64,000 nt of DNA from the human T2T-CHM13v2.0 reference genome, Homo sapiens, in the NCBI RefSeq assembly GCF_009914755.1, contig NC_060925.1. One strand, written 5' to 3'. Shown here piece after piece: positions 11,485-31,455 of this stretch. The position numbers were made by a program, and so were the translations under genes. Numbering within the stretch: the stretch's first letter is position 1; every line of letters begins with the position of its first letter. The notes beneath the pieces were generated by a model that saw only the letters and a program-made list of their open reading frames with translations, had not been told where the DNA came from and did no database searches.

Positions 11485-13062
11485 CAGAGTGTTTGATAAA
11501 GACTTTCTGAATGAACTTGTGTCTAAGCTCTGAAACTAAAAATAATGGCCTCTGAGTAGCACACACACAGCCTAAAGGAAATTGCCAGCCCCCACCCTGA
11601 AGGCCTTCTCCCCACCGAAGTCTGCATTAGAGAAGGCAAGCGGAATGTGAGGAGACTGTGACCAGCAGCACTGGAGTGTGGAGTGGCCAGTCCAGGATGG
11701 CAGGCTGTGGCTTTCCCTCCTCTGCTCAGAGGGCAAGGATGATGCCCACCAAGGAGAGTGGGTGCAGCCTCCCCAAGGAAGGACTCCTCAAGGCAGGGCC
11801 TGCCAAAGGACACATTGGCATCCCGCTCCAGGCCGGCTGTCTTTTAGGGTGGAGGACTTGCTCATCCACTCTCTTAGCCTCACTGAATAAGGGACACAGA
11901 GCCTGGAGAGAGATGAATGGGGAAAGGAGAGGGGCACAGGAGGAGACAGGTGAGATTCTGTGGGCCAAGAGGACCCCACAAACGGAGCCCCCATGGTGCA
12001 GCCGGCTTGGGTGTCACCACACCCAAGGGAGCTTCACGTCTGAGGGAGGTTGACTGTAACACTAGGTAAGTGGCACCTACCCCTGTGTCTTCCTCTCTCC
12101 TACAGCGGGGAAATAAGCCTCAGAGGGGGCCACAGGGGTGGGGGTGGGTGCAAAGAGCAGAGCATTCCTCTCCCCAGTGCCAGCCTTTGGACCTGGGGCC
12201 AAGCCTTGGCTAGCAGGTAATGAAGAGTGTTTTAATGGGACAGGAGATTGAAGTTTAAAACTGGGTCAACTGAACTATATAGGACTTGTATAGCCCAAAG
12301 TACCTAGAAAGCTCTAGAATCTGCCAAAAAGTCATTATAAGACAGGAGGAGGAGATACAACAGAACACTGCAGGCGGTGGTCGGACAGATCTAAAACTCT
12401 TTCATTTTTGTTACCTACCCTATCCCTTACCTTCTTTGCCTCACAATGCATGGGCTAGGGCAGGGGCCAGGAAGTCGCTCTTGCCCTCATCCCTAACTTA
12501 GCCCCTCCTCTACTCTGCCTTTCCCTCCACTTCCCAGCTAGACAGGTCTTACTGGACGCATGTGGCAAGGATAAGGTCAGCAATGAGTCTTAGAAAAGAG
12601 ATGGGGAGAAGGAAACAAACAGGAGAAGGAAACCAGGTGGCAGGGGAGCAACTTTGAGAAGCTCTGTACCAAGGCACCTGGGAAGCAGGGAAAGGGAAGG
12701 GCCTCTTCTGGGCAGCCTGGCTGGGACCTGGGAGCTCTGCATCCTGGCTGGGCCCTGCCTTTCTGTCCTGCTTTTCCCCGGCCACAGGAGGGAGGCTTGG
12801 AGCTGGCACCAGTAGGTGGGAATGTCCCTTCTCACTCTATTTTCTCCTTTCCCTGCTGGAGGGATGATGGGACTGGCTTTCCTGCCCTCTCCTTCCCTTC
12901 ATGTCCACAGCAGGAAAGGTGGCCTTCCCATTCTCTGTCCTGGGGGTAGAAGCTAAGGAGCAGCCCAGTGGAGTGAAAAAAACATTGAACGGGGAGCCCT
13001 GTGTCACTATGGGATATTTGAAATAATCAAGTCACCCCTCTGGGACTTGGTTTCCTTACTGA

Positions 13063-13679
<617 letters not shown>

Positions 13680-14340
13680 AAACAATATTTATTAAGCACC
13701 TATTGAATACCAGGTGCATGGCAGGCACCCAATAAATGTTGCAAAGGAATCAAAGGTGACCGATATGGAGCCCTTCCCCAAGGAGCCTATGGGTGTGTTA
13801 GAGGGCAGGCCTGGGAGCCAGGGAGTATGTCCCGTGCAGACAGGCAAGCATGAGCAAGGGAAGTTAGAGGAGGGGGCAGGCATGGTGAAGGGAGGAGCAT
13901 CGGCCTTTGTCCTCTAGGCAGCGAGGAGCCATGAAGGGTTTTAACCTCAACCAAAGGGTAGCCTGGTCAGATTTGCATCTTAGAAAGATCATCTTGGAGG
14001 GTTGGGGTAGTGGCGAGTTAGAAGGCAGTTGCCACTAGCAAGGTTGGATGAGACCTGAGCCTAGGGGTGGAGAGGAGGGAAGAGACATGAGAATTTCTAG
14101 GCTGTGTGTGTTCCAGGATGAGTTAGATGTGGGTTTGGAGGGAGGGGACAGGGAAGACTCCCAGGTATGTGGTTAAGCCTTGGGGAAGGGGAGAGATAGT
14201 GGCATGGGGGAGATACAGCAGCTTCCAGATATGCAGTTTTAGGATTGGGGGCTGGGATAGAGATTTAGAAGGATGCTGCCTGGTTAGAGTGGATAAAGGG
14301 CGACTAAGAGCATGGATGAGGTCGCAGAGGATAAGGGTAA

Positions 14341-14965
<625 letters not shown>

Positions 14966-15583
14966 TGAGTAACCTATCCAAGATCACACAGCTAGAACTT
15001 GAACTTCACTTCTGACTCAGCCTGTACCTCCTTCTTTCTGGGAAAGAAGGCGATGTTGGGGGATCAGAGGATGAATCAGAGAGGAACTAGTAGGGAGCCT
15101 TCAGTATCTTTGCCATTCCTCATGCTCCTCCTACCATCTCACTCAGGGCCAGCTTAGCTCCCCTGGAGCCAGGAAATGACCAGCTCTGGATTCAAAACCC
15201 TCTCCCTAGGTTAAAATCTAGTCTTCCTATCCCATCACCACCCACCTACCTAGTTTTTGGGAGAAGTAAATAGAGGAGAACTAAAGGCCAGGTGGGGCTG
15301 GGCTGGAGCTGAGATTAGGGGGCCAGGGTTAGGCTGGGCTGGGCTGCCAGGAGAGGCTGAAGCTGAGGTCTATGTTTGGCAGTACCTCTGTGCCCTCCCA
15401 CACTAAGTTCCCATTAGGGAGCTGACTAAATGTCCACCCTCATGCTAGCCTGATCACATCTCCAGGGCTGAGTGTGGCTCTGAACACCCCACTGAAGGAG
15501 GGCACAGATACCACAGTGTGCTGACGAGTGAAAGATGCATTATCCAGAAGCAGTGTGGCAAAGCTATTAAGAGTACAGGTGCT

Positions 15584-15943
<360 letters not shown>

Positions 15944-16259
15944 TCAGCTTCCTTATCTATAAAAAGGGACAATAATACCCACCGCATCCGAGCAGAGAGC
16001 GATCACCCCTGTAAGGGACTGGGTCTATCTTATTCAAATTCCCCGTGCCTGATCCTCCACAGGTACTCAAAGTATGCTTATGAAATGAATAAATTAATGA
16101 ATAAAGGGGTGTCTAGGTTTTTACTGATTGTGCTGCTGTGAACGCTCCTGCCCGTGCTCCTGGGCACATGCACATGCCCATTTCTCAGGTGCGACCTGGG
16201 AGGGAATTGCTGGTCGTAGGGAAAGCATATCTTCAGCTTCACCTGATAATGCCACATTG

Positions 16260-19283
<3,024 letters not shown>

Positions 19284-22200
19284 GAGAAGCCAGCAGGGAA
19301 TTGATGCTTGGGAGCTGTGGGGGCTTGAGAGACGCACACCACCGTCTGGAATGTGATTCTTTATTGATCGAGTACATGAACTATTTCAAAATAAATAAAA
19401 CCTAGAGTGGGGCCATCTTAAGTGTCTAAAAGGCTCTTGGGTAAAAGAGCTTGGACTTTTCTTATATGGTTCCAGGAGGCAGAACCAGGTCTGAAGGGTG
19501 GAAGCTACAGGCACCAATTTCAGCCCAAACGAGCCAGTCACAATACTTGTCTCTGTCCTGGAACGAACTGCCACCAGAGGGAGTGAGGACCCTGTTCCTG
19601 GGTGTTCAAACACAGACCAGATAACCACTCTTGGGGGATTCATTTTGAGATCTGTTCTAGAGGACTGGTGGCTTCTTGAATCCCAGGAACTCTAACAAGC
19701 TGGGAATGAACAGCAGTCCATCTTGATCCCTGGGTTCCCCTTCTGTCCTCTCTGGGGAGCTTCAGTTTCTGCCCTTAACTATTTCCAGAGACCCGCAAAT
19801 GAATTCCAAGAACCTCCCTGGATTGTGGGATCTAACAGAACGGTTTGGAATCACAAGGAGGAAGAGGCAGTGGGCTGTAGACCACCAGCCCCTCGCCTGG
19901 CCAAGTGGGAGAGGGGTCTCAGGGCCCAGGCTCAGCCTGGAGGCTCAACCACTAGCAGAAGCAACTTCTGCGCGGCGCCTCCTCCCCGCAGTGTTGTGAA
20001 GTCCTGCCCCAGCCGGGTGGCATCAAGGCGAGGCTCCCGCTAGACCCCTTCGCTAGGTGTGGTGTCTCGAGAAGCCACTAGGTGGAGCCAAGACACCGAG
20101 GCTCTCCTCCCGTCCCATTTCTGAGCTTGGGGGTCAAGCTGTCTTTCTGCAGGGAGTCCAGGGTCCAGAGGGACTGACTAGGAGAGAATGTGAGCAGAAG
20201 ACGTTCGGGTGAGTCAACTCGACGTTGAGGTGAGTGGATGAACGGTAGGAGAGGGAGTGAATTGGGAAGGGATGTGTTACTCCGTCCAGGACAGCTGCGG
20301 GGAGGGGAGGTATATTTATCTCCTGAGCTGGTGGCAATAAAAATAACCAGGGGCCTGGGTAACCCAAGCTCCCCAGCCTCTTATGCTGGGTGGGGGCCAT
20401 CAATGGGGACTGGAAGGGAAGAGTGAGGAGGAGGCAGAAGACGGGGCAGGAAAGGTCTTGCGTGCTGCCCTGCCCCCCAGCTGGGGCTACCGCATGCCAG
20501 GGACTAGGCTGGCTGGAGGGGGGCGCAGAGAGGGAAGGAGGAGGGGAGAGGGGAGCCAGGCAGGAACAATGCTGGCTCCCAGCCAGCAGCTGAGTTGAGT
20601 GGGAGACGACTAAAGAGAGAGGAGGGAAAGGGAAAGAATGAGGTGTGGAGAAGAGAAAGAAAAGAAAGCTGAGAGAGGTGGAGAAAGTTTTCCCACTTGT
20701 GCGCCCACAGCACTCCCCACCCCAGTCCCTGAGCCCCTTGAGAAAATAAGCCTATCTTCTGGGTTTCATCCCCTTGAGAAGTTAAAGCGACAGCAGGAGG
20801 CACTTAAGTTAGCCTCCAGGAAGGACTTCCCTGGAGGAATGTGGGCAAACCCTGGGGAGAAGTGAGCCAAAGAAGGCTGTGGGAGGGTGGACTCTCTCTG
20901 AGACTCAGCTGGGCTGTGGAACGCGTTCTTGCCCTGAGACTGGGTGCTAGACGGGATGACCTCACCTTTCTGCCTCTGTGTTTCTACAGCTCCTTGGTTG
21001 GTTTCTGCATCAGGGGCTGTGATGACAGAAGGACAATTGCAGGAAAGTTTTGATGAAAGATTGAGCCTTTATTTGCAGCTGTGAGGACGGGGGCTGGGGC
21101 TGAGACACAGGCAGCCTGCGGGCAGCAGAGGCTGGCGGTGGTAGAAGTGGGTTCTTCTGGACACCCGTCCCACAGTGCTTGCTCTGGAGGTCCCGTCCTG
21201 GCTCCAGAACTTGGTGGGAGGAGCGGGAGTGGATGTGCTTGGCAGAGAGTAGGAGCTCAGAAAATACTTCCTCAATGGATGGAAGGCTGAATGAAAGTTC
21301 TGGAGTCAGAGAGTGCATGGGGTCCCGCTCACGAGTGTCTGACACATAGCTGATGCTCAGCAAATGTTTGTCAAGGGACTAAATGCTGCCAGCCTGCCCA
21401 AGGCCAGGCACAGGCCTGGGTCCTTCTTTGTAGGCACCCCAAGTGAATATGAAAACAGTCATGACACCTGTGCCTGTGTCTTGGGTCTCCTTCTACTCAG
21501 GCACGTCCTGGGGTGGGCTGCGATGGACTTAGGGGCTGGTTGGGCGGCTGAGGAATCTTCTGGGTCCCCCCTTCTGGCTGCAACCTGCATCAGGCAAGGT
21601 GGCTCCTCCTCCCCACGCAGCTCTCGCTGAGACCTGGGTCCCCTGCTCTCAGGCTCCTCTTGAAACCTTAGCTCATAACCCCTCACCTGAGCCTAGAGGG
21701 CCCCACACCTGTCCCGGCCTCATCATCTGCAGCGGGGAAGGACAGGAGAGAGGCCCAGCACGGGGGCAGGGGCTTGCCCACTCCGGGATGAGAGGTGGGA
21801 ACGTAGGCTGTGGGAAAGACTGACATTTCTTTCCACACTGAAGAACCCAGGCCCCTCGCTGGTGAGGAAGAGGGTGCGGAGGGGTCTGGCTGACACCCGT
21901 TGGGACTAAGCTGGTTTGTACTGAACCCAAGCAGCCCCTCTTCTGTGACTAATGATTTCCCTGACACCTGGGTGACCCCCAAGCTGGCCATGCCCTTTTG
22001 TGGTCCTCCAGTTAGTTTCCTCTCACACAAAGGAGAGGCAGGATCCCTGAGGTCCCTTCCTTCTGGGACTCTGCTCTCTGGTTCTGGAATTCCCAGCTTC
22101 TAAGATTCCACCTTGGGGCTGCGGGAGGGAGGACTCCTTGCTGAGGACCATGCAGCTGTCGGGCTTGAGTCACCAGCTTGAGTCCCTGCCTGGCCTGACA

Positions 22201-25200
22201 CACCCGCTCACCTCAAGCAGCGGGGGTGGGAGCTGAGGCTCAAGTCTAGACTCCTCCAGACGCCCCCAGATCTGCCCTGACGGCTTCCAGAATTGCCCTC
22301 CTCTCTGCCTCTGCCATTGGGTCTCTCCACCGCCCCCTGTGAGCGGCTGGATGCCTGGAGGAAGCTGGAGAGGCTGGCCAGTGCTGCAGTGGGCCGGGAC
22401 AGGAACAAGGAGCAGCCCACAGTTTCTGGGGTGCAGGGCAGGGACGGAGAGCAGCAGACATGTGATGAGGAGGTAGAAGAACAGAGAAGATGAACTTTTA
22501 AAGTCCTTTCCCGCTGGAGGAGCGGGGGCTGCATGTCCAAAGGATGAAAAAGGGACCAAATGTCACGGGAAATGAATGATGGGCCAAGAGGAGACCCGGG
22601 GCTGGGTTAAGTGGGGTCAACCCTGTCTCACCCGACGCCCTTCAGTGCCAGTGATTGAGCAAGGGGCTGACCCTGCCGTTGGGGAGCGATTGATGAGAGC
22701 AGATGCGGGGAGCCTGTGGGGACTGGGGAGGAGGCTCAGGAAGGGGAAGTGGGGGGGAAGGAGCAGCCCGGCTTCTGGGACACCCAAGGAAAGAGCAGGG
22801 AGGGACCCTGACTCCTGCAAGGGTGTTCTAAGGAGCTCTTCTCTTCGAGTGGAAATGGGGACGGGCAAGGCACTCTAGAGGGCCAAGTGTCACGGAAAGA
22901 GAAGGAAGTTAGACAGGAGAGGAGGGGGAGGGGGCTCCTAGGTCCCATCCTTCCATAAAGAGCCGTGGGTCTGACCCCGATGCAAGGGAAACCAAGTGTA
23001 GGCAGCAAGGATGTGTCCTCCGGGCTGCAGGAAAGTGGCACTGGACCCTGGGAAAGATGGTAGGAAGGGGCCGCCTGCAGCTGGGGTGGGCCTGCAGTGG
23101 GGAGATCTGGCCCTGGCTGGGGGCGGGGGTGCTGTCTTCCTGCCAGGTTTCTGCCGCTGCCTGGGAAGAGCCCAGCCCAGAGATTCTTATCCAGGGCAGG
23201 AACAGAACTGGTTTCTCGACTGGCAGCGCCAAGGGGGACAGGGCAGGAGGAAGCCAAAAGGTCGGGAGGGCAGTGCCAGGCCCAAAGGAGAGAGGTGGGA
23301 AGCCCTGGCCAGGGGACCTCCGACGGTCACTAGAACAAGAGCCTCAACCCCCTCTGCTGGGGCCCCGTCAGCCTGGCCCATCCACCTTATTTGCCTGTGA
23401 CTGATTCACTTTCCACAAAGACTCAGGGAGCCCCTCCCAGGCCCCCCACAGCCCACAGCCCTGTCCCCCTTTTTCCTCAGGTGCGACTGGCCCAGCCAGG
23501 AGAAACACCTGGTTGGACTCAGCTCCTCCCCTCCCCACCTCCCGCCACACTTGAAGCCTCCAGAGATCATTGGGGGAGGGGCAGGGGAGCCTCAAGCGGT
23601 GGGGAACCCTGAAGACTGTCCTCAGAGCCTGCTGCCTTTTATCCCCCGCCACAAAGGGGCCGGCAGCCACATGCCCATCCATCTTGCGCCTGTGGCGGTC
23701 CTTAAGCAGTTCTTTGTTGGGACCTAGGGTCAGAGGTGCTGGCCAGTACGCCCCCTCTCCTGGGACCACCGCCCCTGGGGCCCTTTCTTCCTCCTCCTCC
23801 CCTCCTCCCAAGTGTCTCAGGATCTCTCCACTTTCTCCTGTGTCACCTCCCCTGTCCCCTCCCTTTCCTCTCCTCCCACCCAGTCTCCTCCCTCTCTCTT
23901 TTTTTTGCCTCTCTCTTCTCTCATTTTCTGTCTGTGTGTCTTACACTCTGTGTGTCCCTCGCATTCTCCATCTCTGTCTGTGTCTCTCATTCTGCCTCTC
24001 TCTGTCTTTCTCGGGGCTTCCATCTCTGGTTCTGCAGCTCCGCATCCCTCCTTTGAGGACCCCTGTAACTCGGCCCTTCCTGCCACACGTAGGCATGAAG
24101 TTGTCCTCAGGTGCTAGGGTCTCAGAGGCCCCACTGGGCCCTGGGCTCCTGCTGGGCTTTGTCCTCTCTGGTCTCAGCTGTGCCCTGAGCACCTCTGGGT
24201 TTTGACTTCACTGGGCCTTTCTCTCAGCTCCACACTCCCATCTCTTGTGGGGGAAGAAGAGGAATCGGCCCTGCCTCAGTTTCCCTAAGATGTAGGTGCA
24301 GACTCTCCCAGTGCCTGTCAGGGTCTGCCATGTATGTCAGCCTCCCAACCCCAAGGCAGAGTCATTCGCTTCCTGCACCCCCCTCCCCTCCCCACTTGCC
24401 TTGCCCTTCCACCTTCTCTGGGCCCCCTTGTTCCAACTGTGGCAGGACTGGAACCATGTTTCGGCCTCTCCTGTGGTTGGGCTCTGAGAAGCTTGGACTT
24501 CAGAGAAGAGAAGCCTCTCTGCCCACAAAGATCTCACAGAATTTTGGGGGCACAGGCAGGAGGTGAGAGCTGCTGTGCCTTTTCTCCCAAACGCATTGCT
24601 GAGTAACAAAGGCCCAGGTAACGAAAGAGGAGTCCAAGAGGGCCTGGGGTGGGAGGGGAAGCTGGAGGGACTTTCTCACGGATGGGGCCAGGCTGGGCCA
24701 GCAGGGTGAGGTAGCCCCTCCCTGATCCAATCTCCCAGTCCATGACTGTAACTGTAACTTGTAACTTCCTTGTCATCTCAGGCTGGCCCTGGCGGGCAGG
24801 AAAGTAACTGGAGAAGCAGAGCCAGGAAAGGGAGCAGCCCCCGCTCTGCACTCAGGGAGTCTCCCCATCTCAGGGATGAGACACAGCCTCTGCCTTCAGG
24901 GAGCCCCCAGTCTGAGCAGGGAGCCCCAGCTCCTGCTCTCAGGGATCTCCTGGGAAAAAGAGAGGCCTCCTCTCTCTGCCTTTCTCAATAACTTTGTTCT
25001 AGGAAGAGACAAACTAGGCAGAGAAATAAGAGCACGCGCTCCAGACGAATGGAAAGACAGAGCTTCAGCCTCCAGAGCCTAAGGACGTGGGGAGTAGGGA
25101 GCCAGGCTAAGGTGGGAAGGGGTAGGGGGAGCTGGGTGACCTGGATGGGAATGAGATGGAGCAAGGAATCTGGAAGGAGGTGAGATGGGAGGCGGTGATG

Positions 25201-25230
25201 CAGAAAGGAGGAGAGGAAACAAACAAACAG

Positions 25231-27073
<1,843 letters not shown>

Positions 27074-28529
27074 GCAGGCATCCAGAAAGACTCTCAGCAG
27101 CCAGTCCAGCAGGCTTCATTTTTCCATTTCTGAAAACAGCCCCGCCAGCCACTCAGTGACCAAAACCAGAAGCCGCAGAACCATTCTCCACACCTCTCTT
27201 TCTCTCATCCTTTCACCTCCCCTCTACACATCACTGTGCCCTGCGCCTGACTCTCTCCATCCTCTGCCTGTACACTTCGCCAGCCTCCTGCTGGCTTTTC
27301 CTTCACCCATTTCTCTAGTCCCTCTCCACCTTGGTGCCAGAGAGAACTCCTAAAAACACACAGGCAATGCTACCCCCTTCAAAAATCCTTTGATGGCTTC
27401 TCATTGCTCTTAGAATAAATAACTACTTGGCGTGGAGTTCAGGATTTGCAAGACCGGGCGCTGGCCACCCCTCCAGCCTCCCTGCACTCCGGTCAAGCCT
27501 CCGATGCTTGGCTGCCTCCAGGCTTTTAGCCTGTGGTTTCCACTGCCCAGAGCACCTTCCCCTCTGCTTTTACTCCTCTACGCACCTCCTCTGCCCATGC
27601 CCGGTCTACCTGAGGCCTGCTTTATTATTCTCTCCCTCGTCCCCCTTTTCCTTATAGCCCTTACCACAATATGCAATTATGTATGTATTGGTACACTTAT
27701 TTTTAAATTATCTTTCCCCACTAAAGGTCTGTTTTCCCCTACAGGTCCCATGAGGGTGGAGAGCTTGTCTGTTTGATTCATTTCCGTGTTCCTAGTACCT
27801 AGCAGGGTGCCCAGCTCCTAGGAGGCTTTCAGGAAACAATATTAGATGAGTACATGAAAAAGCCCCTCACCTCTCCAATCCCGCACTCAGAGCCCAAGGG
27901 CTCTGGACACTGTCTCCCTACTCCCCGACCTTGGCCCTCTGCCCTCAGCCGTAGTGTGTGGCTTTTCATGGGGCAGAAGTGGGAGGCCCTGGCCCCGGGG
28001 CACCCTGGTTTTGCAGGGAGAGGAGGCTTATAGGCTATGAAGCGTGACCACTGACTGTCAGCGCTGATGAAGGGAGAGGCCACTTAGGGCTACACAAGGA
28101 GCTAAGCGTTGGAGAAGCGCTGGGCGCCAATGGACAGAGAGGATGGCAAACCATACAGTGGGTCCTTCTCAGAGGAGCACATGTGGTAAGGGGAGGGGCC
28201 ATGGCTTAAAGAGCCTCCAGTACTGCTTTGGATTTTATTCTGGGCAAAAGGAAGGGCTGCAGCTAAGGTGAGTTTTTATTTTGTTGTTTTTTAAACAGGG
28301 CACTGACATGATGAAAGTTTTGTTTTAGAAGAATCCCCTGGCAGAAGTGTAGGGGGTGGGTCAGAGACAGGACCATCACTCTCTGAGGGCTTCCTGTGGC
28401 TAAGTGCTATGTGCTGAATGTGACTTATTTTACTTAACTCTTGTAACAACCCAGTGAGGTATTATTTATAATTGCTAGATATGGATTAGAAACCTGAGAC
28501 TCATGGTGACCCTCTTCATTGGAAAACTG

Positions 28530-29250
<721 letters not shown>

Positions 29251-30009
29251 ACACAAAATAACTGGCTGAGTACAGTGGCTTGCACCTGAAATCCCAGCAT
29301 TTTGAGAGGCTGAGGCAGGAGGATCGCTTGAGCCCAGGAGTTTCAGACCTGGTGTAGACCTGAGTGTGGAGGCTCAGGGAGAGGGTTGGAGGAGGATCCA
29401 AGGGACCTGGAAGATTTAGAAGCCAGAGGCAGAAGGGCATGTGGGAGATTGAGGCAGGGAGGAAGGATGGTAGCAGAGATGGCTTGTCTCAGACACAAAG
29501 GGCTGACAGGCAGGATGAGACCTCTCACCCAGAGGCCCAGGCAGCTGCAAGGCCAGCTTGTGGGTGCCGTTGAGCTCATCTGGAACCATGTGGGAGGCCA
29601 AGGCCAGGCCTGGGGTCACCCATGGGCTGAAGCTGGAGGAGAGGGAAGCAACAGCTGGAGGAGGAGGAGGAAACTGTCACCATGATGGAAAACATGGGAG
29701 AAGGTGGGAGTCAGCTCCTCAGAGCCCAGTGCCCCAGCTGAGAGGTCAGGAGGAGGAGGCCCTTGTGACCTTGGAAGCCAGAGCAGGACACCAAGGAAGG
29801 ACCTTGGAGAAGGGAATGTGGAGGTGAGGCTTGTGGATTCAGCAGCAAACGAAGGGGTGGTGGTTAGAACGGTGACTGGAAGGACTGTCCTCTCCTGTTG
29901 TATAACTCAGTTCCATGCTGCAGAAACACAAGTCTTTCCCATACTACATTTCAGAGGCAAGGTTGAACTCAGGTGACTTATCTACCTGCCCAATGAGCCA
30001 GAGACAGGT

Positions 30010-30033
30010 TTTATTTTTTTAAAGCATTTTAAT
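30010..30033 (-). terminator. CRABP2: CRABP2 polyadenylation signal region (ATTAAA and AATAAA)
   Basis: Minus-strand ATTAAA at 30033-30028 and AATAAA at 30015-30010, about 400 nt past the stop, in an AU-rich context. Confidence 0.7.
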
Positions 30034-30428
30034 AAAATTAACAAATAAATATTCTAAACTGTATAGGCTACAGGGACAAAGGGTAGAAGCTAGAGGGCCA
30101 GTCTTTCCTGCTCAGGCCCTCAAGTCCCCTTTAGAGAGACCCTGCTCTGGGCTGGTTTGGGGCTAGGACTGCTGACTTGGGGAGGCGGGGAGTGAACCCG
30201 GAATGGGTGATCTGGGCTCTTGCAGCCATTCCTCTTTGTTGGTGTAGGGGAGGAGAGAAGAGGTCAAAGAAAGCAAGACCCTGCAAGAGGCATCCCAGTG
30301 ACCCCCAGAAGTGACTGGGGTAAGGGGAGCGCTATCCTAGAAGGAGGGGGTGGGACGGAGGGGGCAGTGAAGCAGGGCGGTGAGCATGGCCAGTGGTGGG
30401 CTTCGGCCGCGGTTCTACCTGTGGCCAC

Positions 30429-30479
30429 TCACTCTCGGACGTAGACCCTGGTGCACACAACGTCATCCGCCGTCATGGT
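30429..30479 (-). CDS. CRABP2: Cellular retinoic acid-binding protein 2, exon 4 (coding part)
   Basis: Acceptor ttccag|ACC; encodes TMTADDVVCTRVYVRE then TGA at 30431-30429; 51 nt. Confidence 0.98.
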   Translation of the reverse strand, partial: TMTADDVVCTRVYVRE

Positions 30480-30944
30480 CTGGAAGGACAGAAGTAGTTG
30501 TTAGCCTGAGAGGCCCCTGGGGTCCTGTGGCTTTGGAGAGGAGGGTTGAATGGAGGTACTCTGCTTGGCCTCCAGGTCCAAACCTGCTTCTTGGCTCAAG
30601 ACCAACAGGCAGGAGCTGGTCCCAGAATGCCCAGGCATCAATGGAGGGAGGATAGCAATAGAGCCCCTGGGGCCCGTCCTCCTCCTCAAGCCAGGAAGAT
30701 CTCCCTGAAGAACTGCTGGGATCCCTCAGTACATGCCCTTTGCTTGCATAAAAGGAACACCATTTCTAATTCACACAGGGCACTGTATGGGATAGGGACA
30801 CCTTAGTTCTGTTCAAGCAGTCCCATCAGCAGGGTGCGGAGTCCAGCCATGGTTGTTCTTGAGTCTCCTGCACCCTGGGGTCTCCCAGAGAATCTTGGAA
30901 GGTAGCACTGGGTTTGCTATTAGTGGGGAGGAGGCAGGACTTAC

Positions 30945-31061
30945 CAGGATCAGTTCCCCATCGTTGGTCAGTTCTCTGGTCCACGAGGTCTTGGGGCCCT
31001 CTCCCTTCAGGAGCTTCTGCTCACAGACCATTTTATTCTCACTCTCCCATTTCACCAGGCT
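30945..31061 (-). CDS. CRABP2: CRABP2 exon 3
   Basis: cag|AGC ... CTG|gtaagt; encodes [39 protein letters not shown]; 117 nt. Confidence 0.98.
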
Positions 31062-31276
31062 CTGCAAGAGACAGGTGGCCAAGTGAGCTGGGCCCATAGC
31101 AGGGGCAATGCAGTGAGAGGGATAAGGGAGAGAGCCCCTTTCTAGCCCCCACCACTACCTAGGGATTTTCCCTACTGGGACAGAGAGAAGCTAGGAGTTA
31201 ACTGCTAGCCTGGAAAATGGCAGGTTGAGAGGCAGGGCAATGACGCCATGACCCTGGAGCCCCTTCTGGCACTCAC

Positions 31277-31455
31277 CTTACAGGGCCTCCCATCCACAGT
31301 CTGCTCCTCAAACTCCTCCCCAACCTTGAAGTTAATCTCTGTGGTGCGCACGGTGGTGGAGGTTTTGATGTAGAAAGTGTCTCCCTCCTGTTTGATCTCC
31401 ACTGCTGGCTTGGACGCTGCAGCCACAGCAATCTTCCTCAGCATCACATTCACCC
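31277..31455 (-). CDS. CRABP2: CRABP2 exon 2
   Basis: cacag|GG ... AAG|gtgagt; encodes [59 protein letters not shown]; 179 nt. Confidence 0.98.

Noticed and set aside
23570-24205. 211-aa L/S/P-rich ORF
   Set aside because: It arises from a low-complexity CT-rich tract, starts at a non-ATG codon and has no recognisable domain.
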